DNA from: Mobula hypostoma
Taxonomy: Eukaryota
DNA: 64,000 nucleotides
Assembly (NCBI RefSeq): GCF_963921235.1
Contig: NC_086097.1
Coordinates: 150,228,001-150,292,000 of the forward strand
Reading direction: 5' to 3'
The notes beneath the pieces are model-generated. The model searched no databases. It saw only the letters and a program-made list of their open reading frames with translations, and had not been told where the DNA came from. The translations under genes were made by a program, and so were the position numbers. Position 1 is the stretch's first letter, and each line of letters starts with the position of its first letter. Of the stretch, positions 13,440 to 25,955 are shown piece after piece.

Positions 13440-14280
13440 CAGCATTACAAACAAGCAGGGACACAAGCTTGTCAGGCATTGGAGGATCAGAAGAGGAGAG
13501 GGTCAGCAACCTCAAATTCATCTGTGTTATTACTTCAGAAGACCTGTCCTGGGCCTAGCACATAAGTGCAATTATGAAGAAAGCACGGCAGTGCCTCTGC
13601 TTAGAGTTTGTAGAGATTCGGCATGACATCTAAAACTTTGACAAACTTCTATAGATGTGTGGTGAAGAGTGTATTTACTGGCTACATCACAACCTGGTCT
13701 AAAAAATACGAATGCCCATGAATGGAAAATCCTAGAAAAAGTGATGGATACAGGCCAGTCCTTCATTTGTAAAGCCCTCTGCACCATTGAGCAAATCTGC
13801 AGAAAACGCTGTCACAAGAAAGCAGCATCTATCATCAAGGACACAGCATCTACTACCCATAATGGTCTCCTCTCACTGGTATCATCAGGAGGAAGGTACA
13901 GGAGCCTCAGGACTCACACCACCAGTTTCAAGAACAGCTACAACCCCTCAACCATCAGGTCCTTGAACCAAAGGGGATAATTTTACTCCACTTGCCTCAT
14001 TGAAATGTTCCCACAACCAATAGACTGACTTTCAAGTACTCATCATCTCAAGTTTTCAATATTTATTGTTTATTTATTATTGTTATTGTTATTATTATTA
14101 CTTATTTCTGTATTGACACAGTTTGCAGTCTTCTGCACTGGTTGAATGTCCAAGTCAGCAGTCTTTTATTGATTCTGTTATGGTTATTATTATAGTTTTA
14201 TTCAATATTCCCACAATAAAATGAATCTGTTGTGTGTAGTGACATATAAGTACTTTTTGATAATTAATTTAATTCTAACT
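13440..14280 (+). mobile_element. Rex1/Babar LINE 3' fragment
   Basis: ORF 13669-13980 (KAASIIKD...GGRYRSLRTHTTSFKNSY). Confidence 0.8.
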
Positions 14281-15370
14281 TTTAGACAGAGAAGCAGATT
14301 TCAGTTCAATGATTTTTCATTAGAACTAACCATCTTGAAAAACAGACTTGTTTCTCCCTCCATATTTTTTGATTTAACTACTAACTGGTTAGTTTTTTTT
14401 GCAATTATTTCAGATTTGTGGTATTTTGCCTTTTTCCAGGAGTATCCTTTGAGCAGTTTTCAGTCCTGGTAGTGCAAAGGGAAATTTAGTGGTTTTGTGT
14501 TATGTGATATACATGTAACATGTATTGCCCACATTTCAATTTAAGGAACACAAGGTGATTGCCCTCACCTAAGCTCACCAATCCTTCTCTATCAAATGTA
14601 AATCTTTGTTCCAAATTATATTGCCACCAAGTCTCGATTCTGGTACTTAATTTCCTTGATGATGAAGCTTAAGAGGTCTGCTGGTGAAGTTGTCTACTGT
14701 GACCAGGTAAACACATACAGGTATTCTAATGCAAGAGTGTTTTCTCATTTGATATACTGGATTGTAATTTTGGGATGGCGAGCTTAGCTTGCCTGGTGTA
14801 AAGTGAAATCTTGCTTGCAGGAGGAAGATCAAAGGTTGGCCACGTAAAGGGGTATTCTAGTTAGCTATATGGTCCCTGGAAATGGTCTAGCACCAGAGGG
14901 CTTGCATTTAAGATGAGAGAGGGTGATTTCAAAACAGGTGTGAGGAACAAGCTATTTTATACAGAGTGGCGGGTGCCTGGAATACACTGCCTGGGTGGTT
15001 TCAGAGGGAGATACATTGGAGATTTTTAAGAGTCATTGAGACAGGCACATGAATGGGAGGAAAATGCATCAATACAGACATTGTGTAAGCAAAGGGGATT
15101 AGTTTAATTGGCCATTTCATTCTATATAAAGAAATATACAGAAACCAAGAGCCTCTTCACAAACATAACTGGAGAGCATCAGTGTATTCTTCGCATTGTG
15201 TACACCTTACAGTGCCCATAAGGTGTCCAAGTTCTTGACAGTGTTGCTACAGTGAGACACCATGTGCAAACCTTAACAGCACGTTCCAAGAGTTTGCTGA
15301 ATTCTTGGCAAACACCAACGTTGTTCTCCAATCTTTTCCCCGCTGAGAGCCAAATAAGAAGAATTACCAA

Positions 15371-17414
15371 TGTAAACACGAGGAATTCTGCAGATGCTGG
15401 AGACCACAAACCTGCCTGCCCTTGCACATCCCATTTCTACCTCCTACCCAAGATCCACAAACCTGCCTGTCCTGGCAGACCTATTATCTCAGCTTGCTCC
15501 TGCCCCACCGAACTCGTTTCAGCATACCTCGACACTGTTTTATCCCCCCTTGTTCAATCCCTTCCTACCTATGTTCGTGACACTTCCCACGCTCTTAAAC
15601 TTTTCGATGATTTTAAGTTCCCTGGCCCCCACTGCTTTACTTTCACCATGGATTTCCAGTCCCTATCTACTTCCATCCCCCATCAGGAAGGTCTCAAAGC
15701 TCTCCGCTACTTTTTGGATTCCAGACCTAATCAGTTCCCCTCTACCACCACTCTGTTCCGTCTAGCGGAATTAGTCCTTACTCTTAATAATTTCTCCTTT
15801 GGCTCCTCCCATTTCCTCCAAACTAAAGGTGTAGCTATGGGCACCCGTATGGGTCCTAGCTATGCCTGCCTTTTTGTTGGCTTCGTGGAACAATCTATGT
15901 TCCACACCTATTCTGGTATCTGTCACCCACTTTTCCTTCGCTAATCGACGGCAGCATTGGCGCTGCTTCCTGCATGCATGCTGAGCTCGTTGACTTCATT
16001 AACTTTGCCTCTAACTTTCACCCTGCCCTCAAGTTTACGTGGTCTATTTCCGACACCTCCCTCCCCTTTCTGGATCTTTCTGTCTCTATCTCTGGAGACA
16101 GCTTATCTACTGATGTCTGCTATAAGCCTACTGACTCTCACAGCTATCTGTATTATTCCTCTTCTCACCCTGTCTCTTGCAAAAATGCCATCCCCTTCTT
16201 GCAATTCCTCCATCTCCGCCGCATCTGCTCTCAGGATGAGGCTTTTCATTCCAGGACGAGGGAGATGTCCTCCTTTTTTAAAGAAAGGGGCTTCCCTTCC
16301 TCCACCATCAACTCTGCTCTCAAACGCACCTCCCCCATTTCACGCACATCTGCTCTCACTCCATCCTCCCGCCGCCCCACTAGGAATAGGGTTCCCCTGG
16401 TCCTCACCTACCACCCCACCAGCCTCCGAGTCCAACATATTATTCTCCGTAACTTCCGCCACCTCCAACGGGATCCCACAACTAAGCACATCTTTCCTTC
16501 TCCCCCCCTCTGCTTTCCGCAGGGATCGCTCCCTACGTTACTCCCTTCTCCATTCGTCCCCCCCATCCCTCCCCACTGATCTCCCTCCTGGCACTTATCC
16601 GTGTAAGCAGAACAAGTGCTACACATGCCCTTACACTGCCTCCCTTACCACCATTCAGGGCCCCAGACAGTCCTTCCAGGTGAGGCGACACTTCACCTGT
16701 GAGTCGGCTGGGGTGATATACTGCGTCTGGTGCTCCCGATGTGGCCTTCTATATATTGGTGAGACCCGACGCAGCCTGGGAGATCGTTTTGCTGAACACC
16801 TACGCCCTGTCCACCAGAGAAAGCAGGATCTCCCAGTGGCCACACATTTTAATTCCACATCCCATTCCCATTCTGATATGTCTATCCACGGCCTCCTCTA
16901 CTGTAAAGATGAAGCCACACTCAGGTTGGAGGAACAACACCTTATATTCCGTTTGGGTAGCCTCCAACTTGATGGCAGGAACATTGACTTCTCTAACTTC
17001 CGCTAATGCCCCACCTCTCCCTCGTACCCCATCTGTTATTTATTTATATGCACACATTCTTTCTCTCTCTCTCTCTCTCCTTTTTCTCCCTCTGTCCCTC
17101 TCACTATACACCTTGCCCATCCTCTGGGTTTTTCCCCCCTCCCCCTTTTCCTTCTCCCTGGGCCTCCTGTCCCATGATCCTCTCATATCCCTTTTGCCAG
17201 TTACCTGTCCAGCTCTTGGCTCCGTCCCTCCCCCTCCTGTCTTCTCCTATCATTTTGGATCGCCCCCTCCCCTTCGCCCTCCCACTTTCAAATCTCTTAC
17301 TAGCTCTTCCTTCCGTTAATCCTGACGAAGGGTCTCGGCCCGAAACGTCGACTGTACCTCTTCTTAGAGATGCTGCCTGGCCTGCTATGTTCACCAGCAA
17401 ATTTGATGTGTGTT
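15371..17414 (+). mobile_element. Penelope-like element (RT + GIY-YIG + pLTR) with a short inverted tail piece at its 5' side
   Basis: RT motifs FYLLPKIHK, GVAMGTRMGP and FLDL; GIY-YIG motif VIYCVWC...YIGET...RFAEH; 13-bp TSD GAAGAATTACCAA (15358-15370 and 17415-17427). Contains stops and frameshifts. Confidence 0.92.
17317..17354 (+). ncRNA. Minimal type I hammerhead ribozyme motif in a Penelope pLTR
   Basis: CTGACGA-A-GGGTCTCGGCCC-GAAA-CGTC^GACT; helix I carries one mismatch (AATC/GACT). Confidence 0.7.
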
Positions 17415-17777
17415 GAAGAATTACCAACCTCTCTTGAAATTGCTTAGTGATCTGATCACTCTGTGTCCAGTATTGGTATTCTGGAGTAAAAGGGAAAGCT
17501 ATAATCATGTTGGAAGTAGTTCAAAGGAGAACACTTAGATGATCCTGAAATTTGAGAAACTTGAATTCTAAGAAAGGAGAAGTTTGAGTTAAGTCCGTTT
17601 CTCTCTACGTGCACTGCCTCATCTGTTCAGTTGTCTGCCATTTTCTTTCCTTTTCTTCAGAATTCCAGTTTTATTTAATTTTTGAGGTTTAGTTTTATTA
17701 ATCTAGAACAGAAACTTAGGAAGCATTGTAATATACAGTGGTGCTAGAAAGTTTTTGAACCCTGTAGAATTTTCTCT

Positions 17778-18090
17778 TTTAGGCATCCGTTAGTCTCATG
17801 AGACCATGGATTTGTGCCTTGGAAGGTTTCCAGGGCGCAGGCCTGGGTAAGGTTTTATGGAAGACCAGCAGTTGCCCATGCTGCAAGTCTCTCCTCTCCA
17901 CGCCACCGATGTGTCCAAGGGAAGGGCATTAGGACCCATAGAGCTTGGCACCGGTGTGATCGCAGAGCAATGTGTGGTTAAGTGCCTTGCTCAAGGACAC
18001 ACACGCTGCCTCAGCCAAGGCTCGAACTTGCGACCTTCAAATCAGTAGATGAACGCCTTAACCGCTTGGGCACACACCAACAGAAAATAG
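17778..18090 (-). mobile_element. tRNA-derived SINE inserted in the left arm of the Tc1
   Basis: A/B-box-like head (…GCCCAAGCGGTTAAGGCG…GTTCGAGCC), then GTGTCCTTGAGCAAGGCACTTAACC; 12-bp TSD AGAATTTTCTCT (17766-17777 and 18091-18102). Confidence 0.75.
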
Positions 18091-18604
18091 AGAATTTTCT
18101 CTACTTCTGCATAAGTATGACCTAAAATGTGATCAGACTTTCACGTAAGTCTTAACTGGATAAAGATAACCCAATTAAATAAATGATATTATACTTATTT
18201 ATTCATTGGGAAAAATGATCAAATATTACATGTATTTCTTGGAAAAAGTATATGGACCTCTGGGGTAATGCCTTCAATAAAAGCTATTTGGAATCAGGTG
18301 TTCCAGTCAATGAGATGAGATTGGAGGAGTGGGTTGCAGAGGTGTCCTGCCTATAAAATAAGACACACAAAGTCAGGTTACTAACAGAGCCTGCTCTTCT
18401 CAAAAATGTGCATCATGCCTTGATCAAAACAACCTTCAGAGGACCATGGAAGAAAAATAGTAAAGATGCATGAAGCTGGAAAAGTCTACAAAAGCATTTC
18501 TAGGAACTGAGTGTTCATCGGTCCACAGTAAGAGAATTTGTCTACAAATGGAGGAAATTCAGTGCTGTTGCTACTCTCCCTAGGAGTGGGCATCCTGCAA
18601 AGAA

Positions 18605-19270
18605 CACATTTACAGAGACAGGTGTGTAAAAAGGGCCCGTAGGATCATTGGGGACCCAAGTCATCCCAACCACAACCTATTCTAGCTGCTACCATTCAGG
18701 AAGCAGTACTGCAGCATAAAAGCCAAGAACAACAGGCTCCAGGACAGCTTCTTCCACCAGGCCATCAGACTGATGAACTCACGCTGATTTGAGTGTACCC
18801 TATATTCCAACGACTGTTCTATTTATACTTTATACTTTATACTTTATTGTCACCAAACAATTGATACTAGAATGTACAATCATCACAGAGATATTTGATT
18901 CTGCGCTTCCCACACCCTGGATTACAAATATTAAATATTAAAAATAGTAAAAATTTGTAAACATTAAAAATTTAAATTATAAATCATAAATAGAAAATAG
19001 AAAAATGGTAAGTAAGGTAGTGTAAAAAAACCAAGAGGCAGGTCCGGATATTTGGAGGGTACGGCCCAGATCCGGGTCAGGATCCGTTCAGCAGTCTTAT
19101 CACAGTTGGAAAGAAGCTGTTCCCAAATCTGGCCGTATGAGTCTTCAAGCACCTGAGCCTTCTCCCGGAGGGAAGAAGGACGAAAAGTGTGTTGGCTGGG
19201 TGGTTCGTGTCCTTGATTATCCTGGCAGCACTGCTCCGACAGCGTGCAGTGTAAAGTGAGTCACGGATGG
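18605..19270. mobile_element. Two Rex1-type 3' fragments, tail to tail
   Basis: 18605-18820 (+) matches the Rex1 DPSHPNH C-terminus. 18822-19270 (-) has a (TATACTT)n tail and an LLPSGR-type motif. Confidence 0.65.
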
Positions 19271-20263
19271 AAACAACAGGAATTCTGCAGATGCTGGAAA
19301 TTCAAGCAACACACATCAAAATTGCTGGTGAACGCAGCAGGCCAGGCAGCATCTCTAGGAAGAGGTACAGTCGACGTTTCAGGCCGAGACCCTTCATCAG
19401 GACTAACTGAAGGAAGAGTGAGTAAGAGATTTGAAAGTTGCAGGGGGAGGGGGAGATCCAAAATGATAGGAGAAGACAGGAGGGGGAGGGATGGAGCCAA
19501 GAGCTGGACAGGTGATTGGCAAAGGGGATACGAGAGGATCATGGGATAGGAGGTCCGGGAAGAAAGCCGGGGGGGGGGGGAACCCAGAGGATGGGCAAGG
19601 GGTACATTCAGAGGGACAGAGGGAGAAAAAGGAGAGTGAGAGAAAGAATGTGTGTATAAAAATAAATAACAGATGGGGTACGAGGGGAAGGTGGGGCATT
19701 AGTGGAAGTTAGAGAAGTCGATGTTCATGCCATCAGGTTGGAGGCTACCCAGACGGAATATAAGGTGTTGCTCCTCCAACCTGAGTGTGGCTTCATCTTC
19801 ACAGTAGAGGAGGCCGTGGATAGACATGTCAGAATGGGAATGGGATGTGGAATTAAAATGTGTGGCCACTGGTAATCCTGCTTTCTCTGGCGGACAGAGC
19901 GTAGGTGTTCAGCAAAGCGGTCTTCCAGTTTGCGTTGGGTCTCGCCAATATATAAAAGGCCACATCGGGAGCACCGGACGCAGTATATCACCCCAGCCAA
20001 CTCACAGGTGAAGTGTCGCCTCACCTGGAAGGACTGTTTGGGGCCCTGAATGGTGGTAAGGGAGGAAGTGTAAGGGAGGAAGTGTAAGGGCATGTGTAGC
20101 ACTTGTTCTGCTTACATGGGTAAGTGCCAGGAGGGAGATCAGTGGGGAGGGATGGGGGGGATGAATGGACAAGGGAGTCGCGTAGGGAGCGATCCCTACG
20201 GAAAGCAGAGGGGGGGGAGGGAAAGATCTGCTTAGTGGTGGGATCCTGTTGGAGGTGGCGGAA
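19271..20263 (-). mobile_element. Penelope-like element 3' part (GIY-YIG + pLTR)
   Basis: Reverse-complement copy of ~16450-17414; ORF 19725-20102 (VIYCVRC...YIGET). Confidence 0.9.
19369..19404 (-). ncRNA. Minimal type I hammerhead ribozyme with canonical core
   Basis: Minus strand reads AGTC-CTGATGA-AGGGTCTCGGCCT-GAAA-CGTC^GACT: helix I AGUC/GACU, loopless ACGU helix III, GUC cleavage triplet. Confidence 0.8.
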
Positions 20264-23200
20264 AATATAACAGCGGTGCTTTGGCAGGATAGATTAGAGG
20301 ACTCATCTAAGGAGGCTATTTGGGTGGAACTGAGGAATGGGAAAGGTGTAGTAACGCTTATAGGGGTGTATTATAGACCACCTAATGGGGAGCGAGAATT
20401 GGAGGAGCAAATTTGTAAGGAGATAGCAGATATTTGTAGTAAGCACAAGGTTGTGATTGTGGGAGATTTTAATTTTCCACACATAGACTGGAAAACCCAT
20501 TCTGTAAAAGGGCTGGGTGGTTTGGGGTTTGTAAAATGTGTGCAAGATGGTTTTTAGCAGCAATACATAGAGGTACCAACTAGAGCAGCGGTCCACAACC
20601 ACTGGGCCACGGACCGGTACCGGGCCGCAAAGCATGTGCTACCGGGCTGCGAGGAAACGATACGATTTGGCAATACGAGTCAGCTGCACCTTTTCTCATT
20701 CCCTGTCACGCCCACTGTTCAGCTTGAATGCATGCGAGGTCATGACCCACGCATCATCCACGTCAGCGCGGGAAGAAGATCAACTCCTCGAGCTTGCAAA
20801 TGACGACAGGCTGAAAAGTATGTTTGACATAACATCTCTGCCGGCATTCTGGATCAAAGTCAAAGCTGAATATCCTGAGACAGCCATGAAAGCACTGAAA
20901 ACGTTGCTTCCATTTCCAACATATCTCTGCAATGAATGCAACGAAAACTAAATCGCGGAATAGACTGGATATAAGGAACCCCCTTCGAGTATCGCTGTCT
21001 CCCATCACCCCTCGATAGGACTGTCTTGTTGCAGGGAAACAAGTATTCAGCCCAGGTCTCCCACTGATTCAGCGATATTGGTGTGTTGCAATGATTTTAT
21101 ATATTCATACGGAGAAAATATATGCTGTGTGTTTAATATCCAAATGTTACTTAAAATATTGTGATGCTATTGACTTATATAACCATATAACAATTACAGC
21201 ACGGAAACAGGCAATCTCTGCCCTTCTAGTCCATGCTGAACGCTACTCTCACCTAGTCCCACCGACCTGCACTCAGCCCATAACCCTCCATTCCTTTCCT
21301 GTCCATATGCCTATCCAATTTTTTTTTAAATGATAATACCGAACCTGCCTCTACCACTTCTACTGGAAGTTCGTTCAACAGTTACTTCAAGCTCCCCTGT
21401 CCTCCCCGATAATTGACTTATCACTATATTCATGCAAGGAAAATATGCGCAGTGTGTTGAATATTAAATTCGTTAGATAAACACTTTTAGAAACAAAATT
21501 GAGTGTATTAGCCACTTCTCACCTATATTCCAATTGTGATTAACACCACCCCACCCCCCCACCCCGAACAGAATCGGCAAAAACGATACGTAGAAAAAAA
21601 TCAGGACGTACACGCATGCGCAAGTCAAGCATGCGCACTGGTACCCGCGGAGGGCTTCATAGTTATTGTAGTCTTTCTTGGAGTAAACACAACATATTTG
21701 ACTGCTACTCTTGTCCATTGGCAACCCTACCACCGCCCCCAGTCGGCCGGTCCGCAAGAATATTGTCAATATTAAACCGGTCTGCAGTGCAAAAAAGTTT
21801 GGGGACCCCTGAGCTAGAGAAGGGGCAGTGTTGGATCTCCTGTTAGGGAATGAGATAAGGCAGGTGACGGAGGTATGTGTTGGGGAGCACTTCGGGTCCA
21901 GTGATCACAATACCATTAGTTTCAATATAATTATGGAGAAGGATAGGACTGGATCAAGGGTTGAGATTTTTGATTGGAGAAAGGCTAACTTTGAGGAGAT
22001 TCAAAAGGATTTAGAAGGAGTGGGTTGGGACAATTTGTTTTATGGGAAGGATGTAATGGAGAAATGGAGGTCATTTAAAGGTGACATTTTTAGGGTACAG
22101 AATCTTCATGTTCCTGTTAGGTTGAAAGGAAAGGTTAAAAGTTTGAGAGAACCATAGTTTTCAAGGGATATTGGAAACTTGTTTTGGAAAAAGAGAGAGA
22201 TCTACAATGAATATAAGCAGCTTGGAGCAAATGAGGTCCTCGAGGAATATAAAGTATGTAAAAAGAATCTTAAGAAAGAAATTAGAAAAGCTAAAGGAAG
22301 ATATAAGGTTGCTTTGGCAAGTAAGATGAAAATAAATCCAAATGGTTTCTACAGTTATATTAATAGCAAAAGGATAGTGAAGGATAAAATTGGTCCCTTA
22401 GAGAATCAGAGTGGACGGCTATGTGCGGAGCCAAAAGAGAGGGGGAGATTTTGAACAATTTTTTTTCTTTGGTATTCACTAAGGAGAAGGATACTGAATT
22501 GTGTAAGGTAAGGGAAACAAGAAGGGTAGTTATGGAAAGTATGATGATTAAAGAAGAGGAAGTAGTGGCACTTTTAAGGAATATAAAAGTGGATAAGTCT
22601 CTGGGTCCTGACGGGATATTCCCTAGGACCTTGAGGGAAGTTAATGTAGAAATAGCAGGGGCTCTGACAGAAATATTTCAAATATCATTAGAAATGGGGG
22701 TGGTGCCGGAGGATTAGCATATTGCTCATGTGGTTCCATTGTTTAAAAAAGGTTCTAAGAGTAAACCTAGCAATTATCGGCCTGTGAGTTTGACGTCAGT
22801 GATGGGTAAATTGATGGAAAGTATTCTTAGAGATGGTATATATAATTATCTGGATAGACAGGGTCTGATTAGAAACAGACAACATGTATTTGTGCGTGGA
22901 AGGTCATGCTTGACAAATCTTATTGAATTTTTTGAAGAGGTTACTAGGAAAGTTGATGAGAGTAAAGCAGTGGATGTTGTCTATATGGACTTCAGTAAGG
23001 CCTTTGACAAGGTTCCACACGGAAGGTTAGTTAGGAAGGTTCAATCATTAGGTATTAATATTGAAGTTGTAAAATGGATTCAGCAGTGGCTGGATAGGAG
23101 ACGCCAGAGAGTAGTGGTGGATAACTTTTTGTCAGATTGGAGGCTGGTGTCTAGTGGTGTGCCTCAGGGATCTGTACTGGGTCCAATGTTGTTTGTGATA

Positions 23201-24165
23201 TATATTAATGATCTGGATGATGGGTTGGTAAATTGGATTAGTAAGTATGCAGATGATACTAAGATAGGTGGAGTTGTGGATAATGAAGTAGGTTTTCAAA
23301 GCTTGCAGAGAGATTTAGGCCAGTTAGAAGAGTGGGCTGAAAGATGGCAGATGGAGTTTAACACTGATAAATGTGAGGTGCTACATTTTGGTAGGACTAA
23401 TCAAAATAGGACATACATGGAAAATGGTAGGGCCTTGAAGAATGCAGTAGAACAGAGGGATCTAGGAATAATGGTGCATAGTTCCCTGAAGGTGGAAACT
23501 CATGTGGATAGGGTGGTGAAGAAAGCTTTTGGTATGCTGGCCTTTAGTAATCACAACATTGAGTATAGGAGTTGGGATGTAATGTTGAAATTGTACAAGG
23601 CGTTGGTAAGACCAAATTTGGAGTATTGTGTAAAGTTCTGGTCACTGAATTATAGGAAAGATGTCAACAAAGTTGAGAGAGTACAGAGAAGATTTACTAG
23701 AATGTTACCTGGGTTTCATCTCCTAAGTTACAGAGATAGGTTGAACAAGTTGGGTCTTTATTCTTTGGAGCGTAGAAGACTGAGGGGGGACTTGACAGAG
23801 GTATTTAAAATTATGAGGGGGATAGATAGAGTTGACATGGATAGGCTTTTTCCATTGAGAGTGGGGAAGATTCAAACAAGAGGACATGAGTTGAGAGTTA
23901 AAGGGCAAAAGTTTAGGGGTAACATGAGGGGGAACTTCTTTACTCAGAGAGTGGTAGCTGTGTGGAACAAGCTTCCAGCAGAAGTGGTTGAGGCAGATTC
24001 AATGTGTAATTTAAAGTAAAATTGGATAGCTATATGGACAGGAAAGGAATGGAGGGTTATGGGCTGAGTGCAGGTCGGTGGGACTAGGTGAGAGTAAGAG
24101 TTTGGCATGGACTGGAAGGGCCGAGATGGCCTGTTTCCGTGCCGTAATTGTTACATGGTTATATG
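20263..24165 (+). mobile_element. CR1 LINE ORF2 (APE + RT) and 3' UTR
   Basis: GVYYRPP, GDFNFP, SDHN, NYRPVSL, GVPQGSVLGP and KYADDT motifs; several stops and frameshifts. Confidence 0.93.
20586..21811 (+). mobile_element. hAT (Charlie/Buster-type) non-autonomous transposon
   Basis: TIRs CAGCGGTCCACAACC / AAGTTTGGGGACCCCTG; 8-bp TSD AACTAGAG/AGCTAGAG (nnnTAnnn); transposase remnant FWIKVKAEYPETAMKALKTLLPFPT. Confidence 0.88.
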
Positions 24166-25955
24166 AGTACTTGCATAGACAGGGACCGATTTGGGATTGT
24201 CAGAAATGCTTCGAGCATGGTCGTTCAGACTAACCAATCTTAAAGTTTTTCGAGGAAGTCAGATTAAGGAAGCTTGCTACTTCCCATTCCTCATCTTCTT
24301 ATTCTGGCTTCTGTCCCTCTCTTTTCCAATCCTGATAAAGGGTCTCAGGCAAAGATGTTGACTGCTCATGTGAGGCTTTTTACGTGATTCATCTGCAGTT
24401 TGTATCCTCACCTGAAGTTGAAGTGTGCTATTTGCTTTACACCCTGGTTTGAAGAAACATTGTCTGGTTTCTATATACATTATATAGTTATAGACATGTA
24501 TGTAGTTTTCTGCAAACATATCCTTGCCCATTGCGGCCAAAAAGTTGTATTCAAAAGGTTCAAAGGAACATCTAAACAAGCCTGATGTATTTTGGAAACA
24601 AGTCCTGTGGACGATGAAGTTAAAATAGAACTTTTTGGCCGCAATGAGCAGAGTATGTTTGGAGAAAAAAGGGTGCAGAATTTCATGAAAAGAACATCTC
24701 TCTAACTGTTAAGCAGAGGGGTGGATCGATCATGCTTTGGGCTTGTGTTGCAGCCAGTGGCACAGGGAAAATTTACTGGTAGAGGAAAGAATGAATTCAA
24801 TTAAATACCAGCAAATTCTGGAAGCATACATCACACTGTAAAAAAGCTGAAGATGAAAAGAGGATGGCTTCTACAACAGGATAATGAACACAAACACACC
24901 TCAAAATCCACAGTGGACTACCTCAAGAGGTGCAAGCTGAAGGTTTTGCCATGGCCCTCACAGTCCCCTGACCTAAACATCATCCAGAATCTGTGGATAG
25001 ACCTCAAAAGAGCAGTGCATGCAAGACAGCCCAGCAATCTCACAGAACTAGAAACCTTTTGCAAGGAAGAATGGGTGAAAATGCCCTAAACAAGAATTGA
25101 AAGACTCTTAGCTGGCTACAAGAAGTGTTTACAAGCTGTGATACTTGCCAGAGCGCGCCCAAACTTTTGCTTCAGGCCCTTTTCCTTTTTTGTTATTTTG
25201 AAACTGTAAAAGATGGAAGTAAAAATGTTTTCTTGCTTAAAATATTAAAGAAATGCGTCATCTTTAACTTTATGCCTTTTGGAAATCAATTCATCTTTTA
25301 CTTGATTAGCTATTCACAGTAACAGAAATTTTGACCGGGGTGCCCAAACTTTTGTATACCACTGTAGCTGAAGGTTCAAACGGTATCTTCAAAAGAGATA
25401 TAAAAAAATCCAGTATCACATCTATTGGGGCATCTCTCTGTTTGCCACCTTGGCTGAACAGAGAAGCACTTTTAGTAATAGACTAAGAAAACTGCACTGC
25501 TCCAAAGAGTGCTATATGAGGTCATTCTTGCCCTTGGCCATTAGGCTCTATAATGAGTCAACCTACAGCCTGGGAAGTGATGACACCTTCCTGCTAGACT
25601 GTTTGAGGTAACTTATTTTTTGTTCTTTCTTACTTCTCTTCTAATACTTGCATATCTGTGCATTTATAATGCTACTGTGACACTAATTTCCTTTGGGATC
25701 AATACAGTATCTATCTATTTATATTCAGAATTACAATGCTGTATAGAGTAAACATTGACTTCAGCAACCAATCTTTAGACCTGAATATGGATTGTAGATT
25801 AAACTTAAATTACAGTCCTGGACAATAGTTTCCTGAAGCGATGGACAGCAGTTAATTGAAGAAACAGACAAAGCTGATTGACATTCATTTTGGATGCCTG
25901 CAGTATAGGTGGAAAGAAGGATGTGGGACCATTATATCGAATTCAAAGGAAGTAT

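Larger units (their letters stand above)
17736..25364 (+). mobile_element. Tc1/mariner transposon split by ~6 kb of nested insertions
   Basis: TA-CAGTGGTGCTAGAAAGTTT ... AAACTTTTGTATACCACTG-TA. Transposase N-terminus at ~18416-18603 (KIVKMHEAGK...LPRSGHPAK); DDE region at ~24560-25140 (QQDNEHKH, WPSQSPDLNIIQNLW). Confidence 0.85.
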
